From an uncultured Bacilli bacterium (GTDB lineage: Bacteria > Bacillota_I > Bacilli_A > RF39 > UBA660), in contig CANRPA010000002.1 of the NCBI GenBank assembly GCA_947632395.1, forward strand, positions 1,844 to 65,843: a DNA stretch of 64,000 nt. Direction: 5' to 3'. The notes under the pieces were generated by a model. The model ran no database searches and was not told the origin of the DNA. It saw only the letters and a program-made list of their open reading frames with translations. Below are positions 40,595 through 51,117 of the stretch, piece by piece. A program made the position numbers and the translations under genes. Each line of letters begins with the position of its first letter. The stretch's first letter is position 1.

Positions 40595-40664
40595 ATTATC
40601 ACCTCACTAGAAATATGACAATCGTATATAATTTCTTATATACATTAATAGTTTTAGATTTTTT

Positions 40665-42869
40665 TTAATTTTTATTCAAATAATTTAATAATTTTTGAGT
40701 TAAATCCGTTTTTCTTGAATATTCATCAGTTTTTCTTGCACCCATTATAAATGCTTCCGGTTCACCTATTAATATTAATCTACGTTTTGCTCTCGTTATT
40801 CCCGTATATATTAATTTTTTATAAAGCATTCTTCTATAATAAGTACTTAATAACATTATTACAAGTTCAAATTCGCTTCCTTGACTTTTATGTATACTTA
40901 TAATATATCCATGTTTAAATTTTGGAAAATCTTTTAATTCATATTCTACAAAATTGCCATCATAATCTATTGTAACACTTTGTTTACCATATTTGTTTAT
41001 ATTACATATTACTCCAATATCTCCATTAAATACATTATTATCTGGATCATTTACAAGTTGTAATACTTTATCATTTTCTCTGTATATAACATCTCCATAT
41101 TTTATTTCTTCTTTACCATATTCTGCTGGATTAAATACATTTTGAAGTACTTTATTTATATTATCTATACCATTAATTCCAGCATACATTGGAGCCATTA
41201 ATTGCATTCTTTTATAGTCATATCCTTTTTTTATTACTTCATTACATATATTAATTAAACTAGGTATTATTGCTTCACTTGAACATTTTAAAAATTTATA
41301 ATCTGATTTATTTATTAAACAATCTTCATCTAATTCATCATTTTTTATTAAACTAGCAAGCACTGGTATATAACTATCATCGCCCTGTCTATAAAGTAAA
41401 TCTAGTTCTACTTTATCTATTACATCACTTTCTATTAAATCCTTAAGTACATTACCAGGGCCAACACTAGGTAATTGATTATAATCACCTACAAGTACGA
41501 GTTTAATATTATTTGTAAGTCCTCTAAGTAAATTGTTCATAAGTCTATTATCAATCATACTTACTTCATCAACTATTATTAAGTTAGAAAAATCTGGATT
41601 ATACTCATTTACTATAAACTCATCTAATTCTTTGTTCCATTTTAAAAATCTATGTATAGTACTTGCAGGGAGTAGTGTTGATTCACTCATTCTTTTACTT
41701 GCTCTACCTGTAGGTGCGAGTAATGCTACTCTATCAATTAATTCCTTTTCACTATATTTATTTAATAATTTATATAAATCAACTATACCTTTAATAATTG
41801 TGGTTTTTCCTGTACCAGGACCACCAGTTATTATTACTACATTATTTTCAATTGCTTTTTTTATTGCTTCTTTTTGTTTATCACTATATTCTATTTCTTC
41901 TTTTTTTTCTAATTCCTCTATTTTTTCATCAATATTTTTATACTTTGTACATTCCTTATTTGATAAATACATTAATTTTTGTGCGATATATTCCTCTGCT
42001 TCATAGTCTTCTAGTAAATAATATTTTTCATCATCTATTTTTATCTTTAAATCGCCTGATAGTTCAAATAATGCATCATCAAATAATTCACTATCTATAT
42101 CACCATTTAAATAAAATGATACTCCATCATATATTTCTGAATATGTTAAATATGTATCTCCATTTTTAAAAGTTAAATCTTTCATAGAATATATAATGCA
42201 AGCTTTTATTCTATTTATATTGTATATATCGTCATTTAAATTAAGTGCGATTGTGTCTATTTTAGAAAAACTTATTCCATCTACATCATCCATGATACTA
42301 TATATATTATTCTCAAGTTTACGAATTGTATTAGTTTTATATATATTATAAATATTTAATGATTCATTCATTGAAAATCCAAGTTTTGTAAGTTTCAATA
42401 TTACTTCATGAGATTCTTCATATTTAATAAGAGTATTATAAATTATATCTGCTTTCACTTTTGTCATTTTAGGAACGTCATAAAGACATTCTCTATTTTC
42501 TATTATAAGTTCAAGTGTTCTATCTCCTAAAGTATCTACTATTGATGTAGCAAGTTTTTCCCCTATTCCTTTAAAAAGACCACTAGATAAAAACTCTATT
42601 ATTCCATCTTTACCTTCTGGTTTTACCGATTCATATGATTTAACACTATATTGAAATCCATATTTAGGATGTTCTACTACATCTCCATACATCACATATT
42701 TAGCATTTTCATTTAAATCTGCAAAATTACCTGTAAAGGTAATTAATTTGTTTATATGAGATTTCATTAATTCTTCATCTGTTTCTAAAACTTTTAAAAG
42801 GCCTATAATATAGCCTTTATCTCCTTTATAGATTGTTTTTTTTAGTATTCCCTTTACATAATTTTGCAT
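40665..42869 (-). CDS. recD2: SF1B helicase RecD2 (RecD/TraA family)
   Basis: ITGGPGTGKTT Walker A, IVDEVSM, LVGDYNQLPSVGPG, SIHKSQGSEF, TGITRAK. Probable start is the ATG at 42869 (MQNYVKG), 8 nt after GGAG; the track start is 42890. Confidence 0.85.
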   Translation of the reverse strand: MQNYVKGILKKTIYKGDKGYIIGLLKVLETDEELMKSHINKLITFTGNFADLNENAKYVMYGDVVEHPKYGFQYSVKSYESVKPEGKDGIIEFLSSGLFKGIGEKLATSIVDTLGDRTLELIIENRECLYDVPKMTKVKADIIYNTLIKYEESHEVILKLTKLGFSMNESLNIYNIYKTNTIRKLENNIYSIMDDVDGISFSKIDTIALNLNDDIYNINRIKACIIYSMKDLTFKNGDTYLTYSEIYDGVSFYLNGDIDSELFDDALFELSGDLKIKIDDEKYYLLEDYEAEEYIAQKLMYLSNKECTKYKNIDEKIEELEKKEEIEYSDKQKEAIKKAIENNVVIITGGPGTGKTTIIKGIVDLYKLLNKYSEKELIDRVALLAPTGRASKRMSESTLLPASTIHRFLKWNKELDEFIVNEYNPDFSNLIIVDEVSMIDNRLMNNLLRGLTNNIKLVLVGDYNQLPSVGPGNVLKDLIESDVIDKVELDLLYRQGDDSYIPVLASLIKNDELDEDCLINKSDYKFLKCSSEAIIPSLINICNEVIKKGYDYKRMQLMAPMYAGINGIDNINKVLQNVFNPAEYGKEEIKYGDVIYRENDKVLQLVNDPDNNVFNGDIGVICNINKYGKQSVTIDYDGNFVEYELKDFPKFKHGYIISIHKSQGSEFELVIMLLSTYYRRMLYKKLIYTGITRAKRRLILIGEPEAFIMGARKTDEYSRKTDLTQKLLNYLNKN

Positions 42870-42923
42870 ACAATCAACTCCAATATTCATTATATCATTT
42901 TCTTTTATATTATAAAAGAAGAA

Positions 42924-43391
42924 TTAGCTTTGTTCATCTAATTCCTCTTTTGGTTCTGCTGTTTCAAGTTCATCTCCATAGACATAAGTACAACCATCTA
43001 TAGATTCTGGATCAACTTCATATGTAGTGACTATTTTACCCCTTTTATTAATTATTGTTGATATTTTAAATTTTAAATCTTCAGGAATTTCTTCATTTGT
43101 TTTTGGATCAATTATTTCAGAATCTATTAATCCATCATCTTTTAAATCTTTTAAAGTTAAATATGAGCAATTATCAACTTCAGGTAATTTATCTAAATTA
43201 TCTGACCCCCAAATTTCTACAGTAGACTTAAGTGCGATTAATTGTGTATTATGTAAGTCTTCTTTTGAATCATTTAATATCTTTGTAACTGAAGTTGCTG
43301 TTATTGAAACTAAAGCAGCAAGTATTACTATAACTGCTAATAACTCTATCAAGGTAAATCCCTTTTTATTCATATAATCATCTACTTTCAC
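42924..43391 (-). CDS. type IV pilin / ComGC-like pseudopilin (orphan)
   Basis: Prepilin signal KKG|FTLIELLAVIVILAAL (class III signal peptide with Glu+5). Acidic C-terminus. Start may be the internal ATG at 43373 (MNKKGFTLIE). Confidence 0.75.
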   Translation of the reverse strand: MKVDDYMNKKGFTLIELLAVIVILAALVSITATSVTKILNDSKEDLHNTQLIALKSTVEIWGSDNLDKLPEVDNCSYLTLKDLKDDGLIDSEIIDPKTNEEIPEDLKFKISTIINKRGKIVTTYEVDPESIDGCTYVYGDELETAEPKEELDEQS

Positions 43392-43437
43392 TTAATAGTA
43401 TACAGAATTTTTTTATTTTTTACAAGTACTATTTGTA

Positions 43438-44823
43438 TTACTCAATTGATTTTCTTGTTTCGTCAATAAAACAAGATAATGATTCACCGTATCTATTTAC
43501 AACTTCATCTATATTATTGGAATCTAATCCATTTAGATCTATTCCCAATAATACTATTTTTTTAGGGCTTTTACCTTCTAATTTATGACTTAATTCATCT
43601 CTATAACCATCATCATTAGTAAAATGTTTTACTTCATTATGTATTATAAATTCTTTAAGCGCTCTATCTGCTTGATATTTGCCATATTTTTTACATGTAT
43701 TGACATATGCATTTTTTAATACTTCAGATATATTATCTAGTGTTTCATCTTGGGATACTTCTTCTTTATTTTCTTTTGGTAATATTTGTACTAAATAACT
43801 ATTGATTAATTCATTATTGTCAATTGGAACTGGAACATTGTCTTCTTTTAATTTTGACCTCATTATATTTAATACATCACTTGGTTTTACATGTTTAATT
43901 AAACCTAATCGAACATTGTCTTCATTAGTAAAATAATTTGCAACTCCTTTTTCTATATAACATAATATAGCAGTTTCTATATTATTTGGATGTTTTATAT
44001 AAGTTGCTTTTACTGCTTTTTCAAAATAACATTTATTGTCATCAATATTACTTTCAGATTTATATACCGTTTTTCTTTTAGTATGCATAACGATATCTTT
44101 AAGTTTAAATTGTTTACTTGTAATTTTTTCAAGTAAATTATAGATTTCCTTTAAATCCAAATCATCAATAGCTTGTGATTGTTCTTTTATGAATGAATTT
44201 AACCCATCTATTGAAAGTGAATACAATTTATCTTCTTCTTTCAAAAACATTATATAATTACTTATTATTTCAGAAATAATTAAATTATATGAATAATTGT
44301 TATCAATAGTAACTCCAATACCATGTATATTTGGTAAAAATGGATTTGTTTTAAGTAATCCTTCTTTTATATTATTATGTACAAACTTTATTATCTTTTT
44401 GGCATCTTTAATAGTATTTAATCTAATTACTACATTATCATTTCTTACCATATTTGCAAATTTAATTTGATTTTCAATATTATTAGACATTAAAAAATTA
44501 ATCAATTCTTTAGCACTTTGTTCCATATGATTTTTATCAAGTGGTATATAAAGTTTTATCTCATTACCTTTAATTTCTCCATAATTAAATATTAAAAAAT
44601 TTTTTTGTTTTATCGTATCTAAATTATTGTTATCCTGATATTCTCTTTCAATATTTTCTAGTATACTTGTTGTACTACTATATGGCTCTTGTTCATCACT
44701 AATATTATACCCTATTAAAGAAGTATAAATAAAATTTTTATCTATTCTATTACCTGGATTTGAAATAGCAAGTTCTTTAATAATATCTAAGAATTTTTGA
44801 ATTAATTTATAATTTTCATTCAT
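43438..44823 (-). CDS. hypothetical protein (461 aa) with internal C-terminal repeat
   Basis: Long ORF with no family recognised. Two related segments of about 55 aa (residues about 267-321 and 369-425) share A..T..K...A[IL]..[YF]I.......FTN[ED]D..R..L. Confidence 0.6.
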   Translation of the reverse strand: MNENYKLIQKFLDIIKELAISNPGNRIDKNFIYTSLIGYNISDEQEPYSSTTSILENIEREYQDNNNLDTIKQKNFLIFNYGEIKGNEIKLYIPLDKNHMEQSAKELINFLMSNNIENQIKFANMVRNDNVVIRLNTIKDAKKIIKFVHNNIKEGLLKTNPFLPNIHGIGVTIDNNYSYNLIISEIISNYIMFLKEEDKLYSLSIDGLNSFIKEQSQAIDDLDLKEIYNLLEKITSKQFKLKDIVMHTKRKTVYKSESNIDDNKCYFEKAVKATYIKHPNNIETAILCYIEKGVANYFTNEDNVRLGLIKHVKPSDVLNIMRSKLKEDNVPVPIDNNELINSYLVQILPKENKEEVSQDETLDNISEVLKNAYVNTCKKYGKYQADRALKEFIIHNEVKHFTNDDGYRDELSHKLEGKSPKKIVLLGIDLNGLDSNNIDEVVNRYGESLSCFIDETRKSIE

Positions 44824-44956
44824 AATCGTTTACTTCCTTTACTACTTCACTTAAATTATCATTATTTTCAATTATTTCATTTTGCTCTATTTCAGCTTCA
44901 TCAAATATAGGTAAATTAATTTCTTCTCCATTAAATTTAAAACTCTCTACTCTCAT
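44816..44956 (-). CDS. 46-aa highly acidic protein, translationally coupled to the 461-aa ORF
   Basis: Hand translation: MRVESFKFNGEEINLPIFDEAEIEQNEIIENNDNLSEVVKEVNDYE. GGTGAT SD. Its stop overlaps the downstream start (tATGAATGA). Not in ORF track. Confidence 0.5.
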   Translation of the reverse strand: MRVESFKFNGEEINLPIFDEAEIEQNEIIENNDNLSEVVKEVNDYE

Positions 44957-45008
44957 ATTATCACCATTTCTATTTTATCATAAAATTTATATTTTTACTC
45001 TTATTTTT

Positions 45009-45042
45009 TAAAAAAAGTTTACTGGTTATTATCCTGTAAACT
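45009..45042 (-). terminator. intrinsic terminator of the PFOR gene (hairpin built from the last codons)
   Basis: Minus strand agtttac(a)gg-ataataa-cc(a)gtaaact followed by a 7-T run. The stop codon lies in the 3' arm. Confidence 0.55.
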
Positions 45043-48000
45043 TTCATAATATCTATATGTTTCTATTGCATTAATTTTATTTTCTTCAAGTAATTTAGTA
45101 GATTCTTCTGCATTAACTTTTTTTAATATTGAATATCTATTTTGTAATTCTAAAAATTCATCGTATTTATCAAAATCTACTTTTTTACTATATAAGTTAA
45201 ATCCTTTTATTGGATGTCTTCTAAATGTTGGAAAATATCCACACTCAACGGCTAATTTTTCCATGTTTATACTATTACTCATTCCACCTTTTATACCATG
45301 AGATATACATGGTGCGTAAGCAATTACTATCGATGGTCCATTATAATCATTTGCTTCTTTTAATGTATTTATTACTTGCATCATATTAGCACCCAAAGAT
45401 ATCTGTGCGACATATACATTTTTATAAGAAAGTGCCATTCTAGCTAAATCTTTTTTATTAGTCTTCTTTCCTGATGTAGCAAATGAAGCAATTGAGCCAA
45501 TTTCACTTGATTTACTTGCTTGACCACCAGTATTAGAATATACTTGTGTATCAAGTACTAATATATTTATATTGTCGTTACTTGCAAGTACATGATCTAT
45601 GCCACCAAATCCAATATCATATGCCCATCCATCTCCACCTATACACCAATAATTTCTAGATGGAATATAATCTTTTATATCTTTAAGTTCCTTTGGTATA
45701 TTATCTGTTAATTTATCGTATACATTTTTAGTAATTTCATAATTATCATAGTTTTCTAACCATTCTCTAAATAATTCGTGATTTTCATTATCCATATTAT
45801 TTTTCATAATATTTTTAATTCTACTTCTAATTAAATTATTACTTATAAGCATACCATATCCATATTCTGCATTATCTTCAAAAAGTGAACTAGCCCATGG
45901 TAAATTATAAGGTGTTGATGGAGCAGAACCTCCATATATTGATGAACATCCTGTAGCATTTGCAATTATTAAATTATCACCAAAAAGTTGAGTTAATATT
46001 TTTATATATGATGTTTCCCCACATCCAGCACATGCTCCACAATATTCAAATTTAGGTTTAACAAAACCAATACCTTTTATTGTGTTAGTGTTAAATTTAT
46101 TTTTATTTGTTATATTTTTATCTAAGTAATCAAATACTTCTTGCTCTTTATTTTTCATTTCATCACTCAAACTATTAAAGATGAGTGCTTTTACATTCTT
46201 GATTCCAGGACATGTTTTAATACATAAACCGCATCCAGTACATTTTTTAATTGATACCCCAATTGTAAAATAATATCCATCTAACATAGATTTTTTGCAT
46301 CTAGTTTTTATATAATCAGGTGCGGCATCATACTCTTCTTTAGAAAGTAAAAAAGGTCTTATTACTGAATGAGGACAAACTAATGAGCATTGGTTGCACT
46401 CTATACAATTTTCACTTAAATAATGTGGTACCAATTCACTTATGATTTTATCTTCTAATTTACTAGTTTCAGGTTTAAATATTCCACTTGGCATATCAAG
46501 AAATGCAGATACAGGTAATGAATCACCTTCTCTTTTGAAAATAGTTTCATATAAATTATTTATTTCTTTTTCTTCTTGTTTTTTATTACAATTTAACTTA
46601 ATTTCTTGTATATTTTTTTCAGTTATATCAAGTGCGGATATATTTGAATTTACTATGTCATCGCCTTTTTTACCAAATTTATTTTTTATATATTTTACAA
46701 GTTCTTCTTTAGACAATTTATAATCTATTAAGTTTGTTATATATAATATAGCACATTCCATTATCATACTTATTTTGTTTTTAAGACCTACTTTGTTTGC
46801 TATATCGTAAGCATTTATTGTATATATTTTAGTATTATTTTCTAATAATAATTGCGTTAATTTTGATGAAAAACTATTTACTAATTCTTTTTCACTTTTT
46901 CTTGTATTTATTATCATTATTGAATCTTTACTTATCTTGTTCAATATTTCAAATTCATCAAAATAACTATCTTTAGATATTACTACTATATCAGGTTTTT
47001 CCACATAATAAGTTGATCTGATTTTTTTATCACTTATTCTTAAATGTGAGATAGTAACTCCACCAGATTTTTTAGAGTCATATTGAAAGTATCCTTGTAC
47101 ATAATTTTTAGTATTATCTCCTATTAGTTTTATTATACTTTTAGAAGCACTTACCATTCCATCGGAACCATAACCATATATAAGTATCTCTTTACTTGTT
47201 TTTATATTAAAATCTTTTATTTCTAAACTTAAATTAGTTACATCATCATTTATTCCTACTGTAAAATTATTTTTAGGATTATCTAACATATCTATTACGG
47301 CTTTTATACATGCTGGAGTTGTATTTTTACTTGATAATCCATATCTTCCACCTACTATAATTATATTTTTATCTTTTAAGGATGAGCATACATCTAAGTA
47401 TAATGGTTCACCCACACTACCAAATTCTTTTGTTCTATCAAGTACAGCTATTTTTTCACAAGTGAGTGGTAATACATTTAATAAATATTTAGTACTAAAT
47501 GGCCTATAAAGATGAACTTCAATAAGACCTACTTCCTCATCTAAATTATCTATTGTTTCTTTTATTGTTTCACATACCGAACCCATTGCAACTAATACTT
47601 TTTTAGCAGTTTTACTTCCATAATATTCAAATGGTTTATATGAAGTACCAGCAAGTTTATTAATTTCTTCCATGTATTTATTTACTATATCAGGAATTTC
47701 ATTATAGAACTTATTTCTAACTTCTGTTGCTTGAAAATATATATCATCATTTTCAGCAGTTCCACGAGTATTAGGTTTCATTGGATTTAACGCTTTATTT
47801 CTAAAATTAATAAGTGATTCAAAGTTTACAAGTTTTTTGTAATCTTCAATCTCTAATACATCTATTTTTTGTATTTCATGACTTGTTCTAAAGCCATCAA
47901 AAAAATGCATAAAAGGAAGACTTGATTCTATAGCACTTAAATGGGCAATACCACTTAAGTATGCTGTATCTTGTACTGATGAAGAGGCCAACATACAAAA

Positions 48001-48405
48001 ACCTGTCATTCTTGTTGCATATATATCTTGATGATCTCCTAGTATACTAAGTGCATGTGTTGACAAACTGCGTGCGGCAACATGCATGACACATGGTAAC
48101 ATCTCTCCTGCTATTTTATACATATTAGGTATCATTAAAAGCAAGCCTTGACTTGCAGTAAAGGTTGTTGCAAGTACACCATTTTGAAGTGCACCATGTA
48201 TAAATCCAGCAGCACCTGCCTCACTTTGCATTTCTACTACTTTTACTTTATCATCAAATATATTTAATCTATCACTACTCCATTCGTCTAAATGTTCTGC
48301 CATTGGACTTGATGGTGTTATAGGGTAAATTCCTGCTATTTCTGTAAACATATATGCTGTATTTGCACATGCTTCATTTCCATCTAAGGTTTTTATTTGT
48401 TTCAT
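45019..48405 (-). CDS. nifJ: pyruvate:ferredoxin (flavodoxin) oxidoreductase
   Basis: 1128 aa single-chain PFOR. N-terminal MKQIKTLDGNEACANTAYMFTEIAGIYPITPSSPMAE. Two 4Fe-4S ferredoxin motifs (CIECNQCSLVCP, CTGCGLCIKTCP). TPP-binding GGDGWAYDIG. Confidence 0.95.
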   Translation of the reverse strand: MKQIKTLDGNEACANTAYMFTEIAGIYPITPSSPMAEHLDEWSSDRLNIFDDKVKVVEMQSEAGAAGFIHGALQNGVLATTFTASQGLLLMIPNMYKIAGEMLPCVMHVAARSLSTHALSILGDHQDIYATRMTGFCMLASSSVQDTAYLSGIAHLSAIESSLPFMHFFDGFRTSHEIQKIDVLEIEDYKKLVNFESLINFRNKALNPMKPNTRGTAENDDIYFQATEVRNKFYNEIPDIVNKYMEEINKLAGTSYKPFEYYGSKTAKKVLVAMGSVCETIKETIDNLDEEVGLIEVHLYRPFSTKYLLNVLPLTCEKIAVLDRTKEFGSVGEPLYLDVCSSLKDKNIIIVGGRYGLSSKNTTPACIKAVIDMLDNPKNNFTVGINDDVTNLSLEIKDFNIKTSKEILIYGYGSDGMVSASKSIIKLIGDNTKNYVQGYFQYDSKKSGGVTISHLRISDKKIRSTYYVEKPDIVVISKDSYFDEFEILNKISKDSIMIINTRKSEKELVNSFSSKLTQLLLENNTKIYTINAYDIANKVGLKNKISMIMECAILYITNLIDYKLSKEELVKYIKNKFGKKGDDIVNSNISALDITEKNIQEIKLNCNKKQEEKEINNLYETIFKREGDSLPVSAFLDMPSGIFKPETSKLEDKIISELVPHYLSENCIECNQCSLVCPHSVIRPFLLSKEEYDAAPDYIKTRCKKSMLDGYYFTIGVSIKKCTGCGLCIKTCPGIKNVKALIFNSLSDEMKNKEQEVFDYLDKNITNKNKFNTNTIKGIGFVKPKFEYCGACAGCGETSYIKILTQLFGDNLIIANATGCSSIYGGSAPSTPYNLPWASSLFEDNAEYGYGMLISNNLIRSRIKNIMKNNMDNENHELFREWLENYDNYEITKNVYDKLTDNIPKELKDIKDYIPSRNYWCIGGDGWAYDIGFGGIDHVLASNDNINILVLDTQVYSNTGGQASKSSEIGSIASFATSGKKTNKKDLARMALSYKNVYVAQISLGANMMQVINTLKEANDYNGPSIVIAYAPCISHGIKGGMSNSINMEKLAVECGYFPTFRRHPIKGFNLYSKKVDFDKYDEFLELQNRYSILKKVNAEESTKLLEENKINAIETYRYYESLQDNNQ

Positions 48406-48416
48406 AGAATAACCTC

Positions 48417-48599
48417 CTATTTATTATATTTTTTGAATTCTTCTGTTGTTTTTTCAGCCTTTAATTTTGCTAATTCTTTTTTTATTTTTTCTCTTTCTGC
48501 TATATATTCATCATATAATTTAATTCTTTCGTTTGGAGTATGACTCATATACTCTAAATGTATTTTAAAAAGTGCTTTTTTTGATTCTTCTTCTGTCAT
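48417..48599 (-). CDS. hypothetical 60-aa helical protein
   Basis: ORF with ATGA overlap to the upstream esterase stop. K/E-rich. No family recognised. Confidence 0.45.
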   Translation of the reverse strand: MTEEESKKALFKIHLEYMSHTPNERIKLYDEYIAEREKIKKELAKLKAEKTTEEFKKYNK

Positions 48600-49309
48600 A
48601 TATTATCTATTCCTTCCATTTTTTTATTTTTAAAAAATTTTTCTACAAGTTTAAATATTTCTAATTTATTTTTTGCTCTAAAAATATCATGAGTTGCTTC
48701 ATCTATGTATATAAGTGATTTAGATGATGATTTAACACTATTATATACATATTCCGATGACGTAATAGGTACCAAATTGTCGTTTTTACCTTGAAGTATT
48801 AAAATTTTGCAATATACATATTTAGGATAATCATAATACTTTTTTACTAATTCCATAAATTCTCTAATAACAATCGGTTTAAATTTTAAAAAACGAGCTA
48901 TTATTTCATTACCACCATATGTTTTAATAACTTTTGGAGTTACTTTTAATGATTCAGTCAAATTTAAGTTTTCTTTTACTACTTGTAAATATTGAAAAGC
49001 AGGAGCTGCAAGCACTAACTTTTTAATTTCTTTATATTTAGATGCCAAATATGTAGCAATTACACCACCCATACTATGACCTATTAAATAGATATTTTTA
49101 TATCCATTATTTATTAACCATTTTAATTTTTCTTCACTTGCATTTATCCAATCTATGTACTTAACTTTACTTAAATTTTTTTCATGACCTGGTAATGTAA
49201 ATTGAAAAACATCAAAATTTTTATTTAACTCTAAATAATTGGCAAGCTCTTCTTGATCATATACTCCTCCAGCAAATCCATGTATAATTAATATAGCTTT
49301 TCTAAACAT
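48596..49309 (-). CDS. alpha/beta hydrolase (carboxylesterase, YvaK/Est-like)
   Basis: GHSMGG nucleophile elbow. 237 aa with IHGFAG oxyanion region. C-terminal His region (EATHDIF). Confidence 0.7.
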   Translation of the reverse strand: MFRKAILIIHGFAGGVYDQEELANYLELNKNFDVFQFTLPGHEKNLSKVKYIDWINASEEKLKWLINNGYKNIYLIGHSMGGVIATYLASKYKEIKKLVLAAPAFQYLQVVKENLNLTESLKVTPKVIKTYGGNEIIARFLKFKPIVIREFMELVKKYYDYPKYVYCKILILQGKNDNLVPITSSEYVYNSVKSSSKSLIYIDEATHDIFRAKNKLEIFKLVEKFFKNKKMEGIDNI

Positions 49310-49387
49310 AATTTAAACCTCGTATTTCTTTAATAATTATATCATTTAATACTAATGTAAGTAAAGAAAAAAGTTGCTTTTTGCAAC

Positions 49388-49858
49388 TTATTTTACTGAT
49401 ATTATTTTAACATCATATTTGCCATTTGGGCTTTCTACAGACACAGTTTCACCTGATTTTAGACCTAATATTGCCTTAGCTATAGGTGACTCATTTGATA
49501 TTTTATTTTCAAATGGATCTGCTTCTTTACTACCTACTATTGTATATTCCTCTTCTTCATCTTCTTCTATATATTTTAAAGTGACTTTAGAGCCAAGTGA
49601 TACTACATCAGATTCAGTTTTAGTAATAACTTTAGCATTATCAAGCATAACCTCTAATTCTTTTATTCTGGATTCTACTATTGCTTGCTCAGTTCTAGCA
49701 GCATCATATTCAGCATTTTCACTTAAATCGCCTTGAGCACGTGCATCTTTAAGTGCATTAATTACCTCAGGACGCTTAACTAACTTTAATTCATCTAATT
49801 CTTTTTTTAATTCATCTAAACCTTCTTGTGTTAAAAATAATTCTTTTTGTTCAGACAT
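49388..49858 (-). CDS. greA: transcription elongation factor GreA
   Basis: LTQEGLDELKKELDELK...RPEVINALKDARAQGDLSENAEYDAA is the canonical GreA N-terminal coiled coil. Start moved to the ATG at 49858 after GAGGTGA. Confidence 0.95.
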   Translation of the reverse strand: MSEQKELFLTQEGLDELKKELDELKLVKRPEVINALKDARAQGDLSENAEYDAARTEQAIVESRIKELEVMLDNAKVITKTESDVVSLGSKVTLKYIEEDEEEEYTIVGSKEADPFENKISNESPIAKAILGLKSGETVSVESPNGKYDVKIISVK

Positions 49859-49923
49859 AACTTTCACCTCTTTATATCAATTCCGTTAAGCATACAAAAT
49901 ATTACTACTTTATTTCTATTTTG

Positions 49924-51117
49924 TCAACTCTTAATTCTAATTAAATCATAATTTTCTACAAACTCATCTATTTTTATTTTGACTATTTGTCTTGGATGTC
50001 TAACAATATCTATTTGTTTTCCATCCTCATCAATTATTATATTAAATTTATATGTAATTGTTCCATGATTTGGTCCAAATATTTCTACAATATCTCCCTT
50101 TTTAAAGTAATTTCTCTGTTCTATAGTAGCTATTTTAGTTTCTTTGTTATATTCAAGTACTATACCTAGAAAGTCTTGATTTGATACCTCTACTCTACCA
50201 TTATAGTAACTACAAGTTGAATCATAAACTCCATTAAAAAATTGTGGTACAGAATCCCTATTAGCGCATCTTCTTAGTATTTTTTCATACTTATCTATAT
50301 TTTTTATTTTACCAGTTTCATAATATTCATCTATTGCTTTTCTATATATAGAAACTACTGTTGCTATGTAATAAAGAGACCTCATTCTACCTTCTATCTT
50401 TAGTGAAGTTATACCAATATCTATCATATTTCCTAAATATTTTAACATTGATAAATCTTTAGAACAAAATGTGAATGGTTTATCACCTTTTATTTCTTTT
50501 TTATTTTCACTATATAAATCAAAGTCCCATCTACATATTTGACTACATCCACCACGATTTGCATCTCTATTTGTAAGAAAATTTGACATGACACATCTTC
50601 CACTATATCCAGCACACATTGCCCCATGTATAAATGTTTCAATTTCAATATCTACATTATCGATTATTTCTTTTATTTCATCTTTAGTACATTCTCTAGC
50701 AAGTACTACTCTAGTAGCACCCATATTCTTCCAAAATTTTACAGATTCTATATTTGATGTAGAACCTTGTGTTGATATATGCACTTCTAATTTTGTATTA
50801 TCAAGGGCCTCTTTTATTACTACTGGATCACTGACTATTACGGCATCTATTCCACATCTTTCTAGTTTTTTTAAATATTTATTTACTAAATTTAATTCCT
50901 CATTATGAAGTATTATATTTACAGTAACATAAACTTTTTTGTGTAAAGAATGTGCGAACTTTACGGCTTCTTTAATTTCATCAAATGTAAAATTTATAGC
51001 ATTTGCCCTTAAACTTAACATAGGTCCGCCAATATAAACTGCATCAGCCCCATACATGAGTGCAATTTTAAGTCTTTCCAAATCTCCTGCAGGAGATAAT
51101 AACTCTACTTTTTTCAT
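49924..51117 (-). CDS. yrrO: U32 family protein (B. subtilis YrrO-like; tRNA hydroxylation family)
   Basis: ELLSPAGDLERLKIALMYGADAVYIGG...LRANAINF and FIHGAMCAGYSGRC motifs. 397 aa. Paired with the upstream YrrN-like gene and near greA, as in B. subtilis. Confidence 0.7.
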   Translation of the reverse strand: MKKVELLSPAGDLERLKIALMYGADAVYIGGPMLSLRANAINFTFDEIKEAVKFAHSLHKKVYVTVNIILHNEELNLVNKYLKKLERCGIDAVIVSDPVVIKEALDNTKLEVHISTQGSTSNIESVKFWKNMGATRVVLARECTKDEIKEIIDNVDIEIETFIHGAMCAGYSGRCVMSNFLTNRDANRGGCSQICRWDFDLYSENKKEIKGDKPFTFCSKDLSMLKYLGNMIDIGITSLKIEGRMRSLYYIATVVSIYRKAIDEYYETGKIKNIDKYEKILRRCANRDSVPQFFNGVYDSTCSYYNGRVEVSNQDFLGIVLEYNKETKIATIEQRNYFKKGDIVEIFGPNHGTITYKFNIIIDEDGKQIDIVRHPRQIVKIKIDEFVENYDLIRIKS

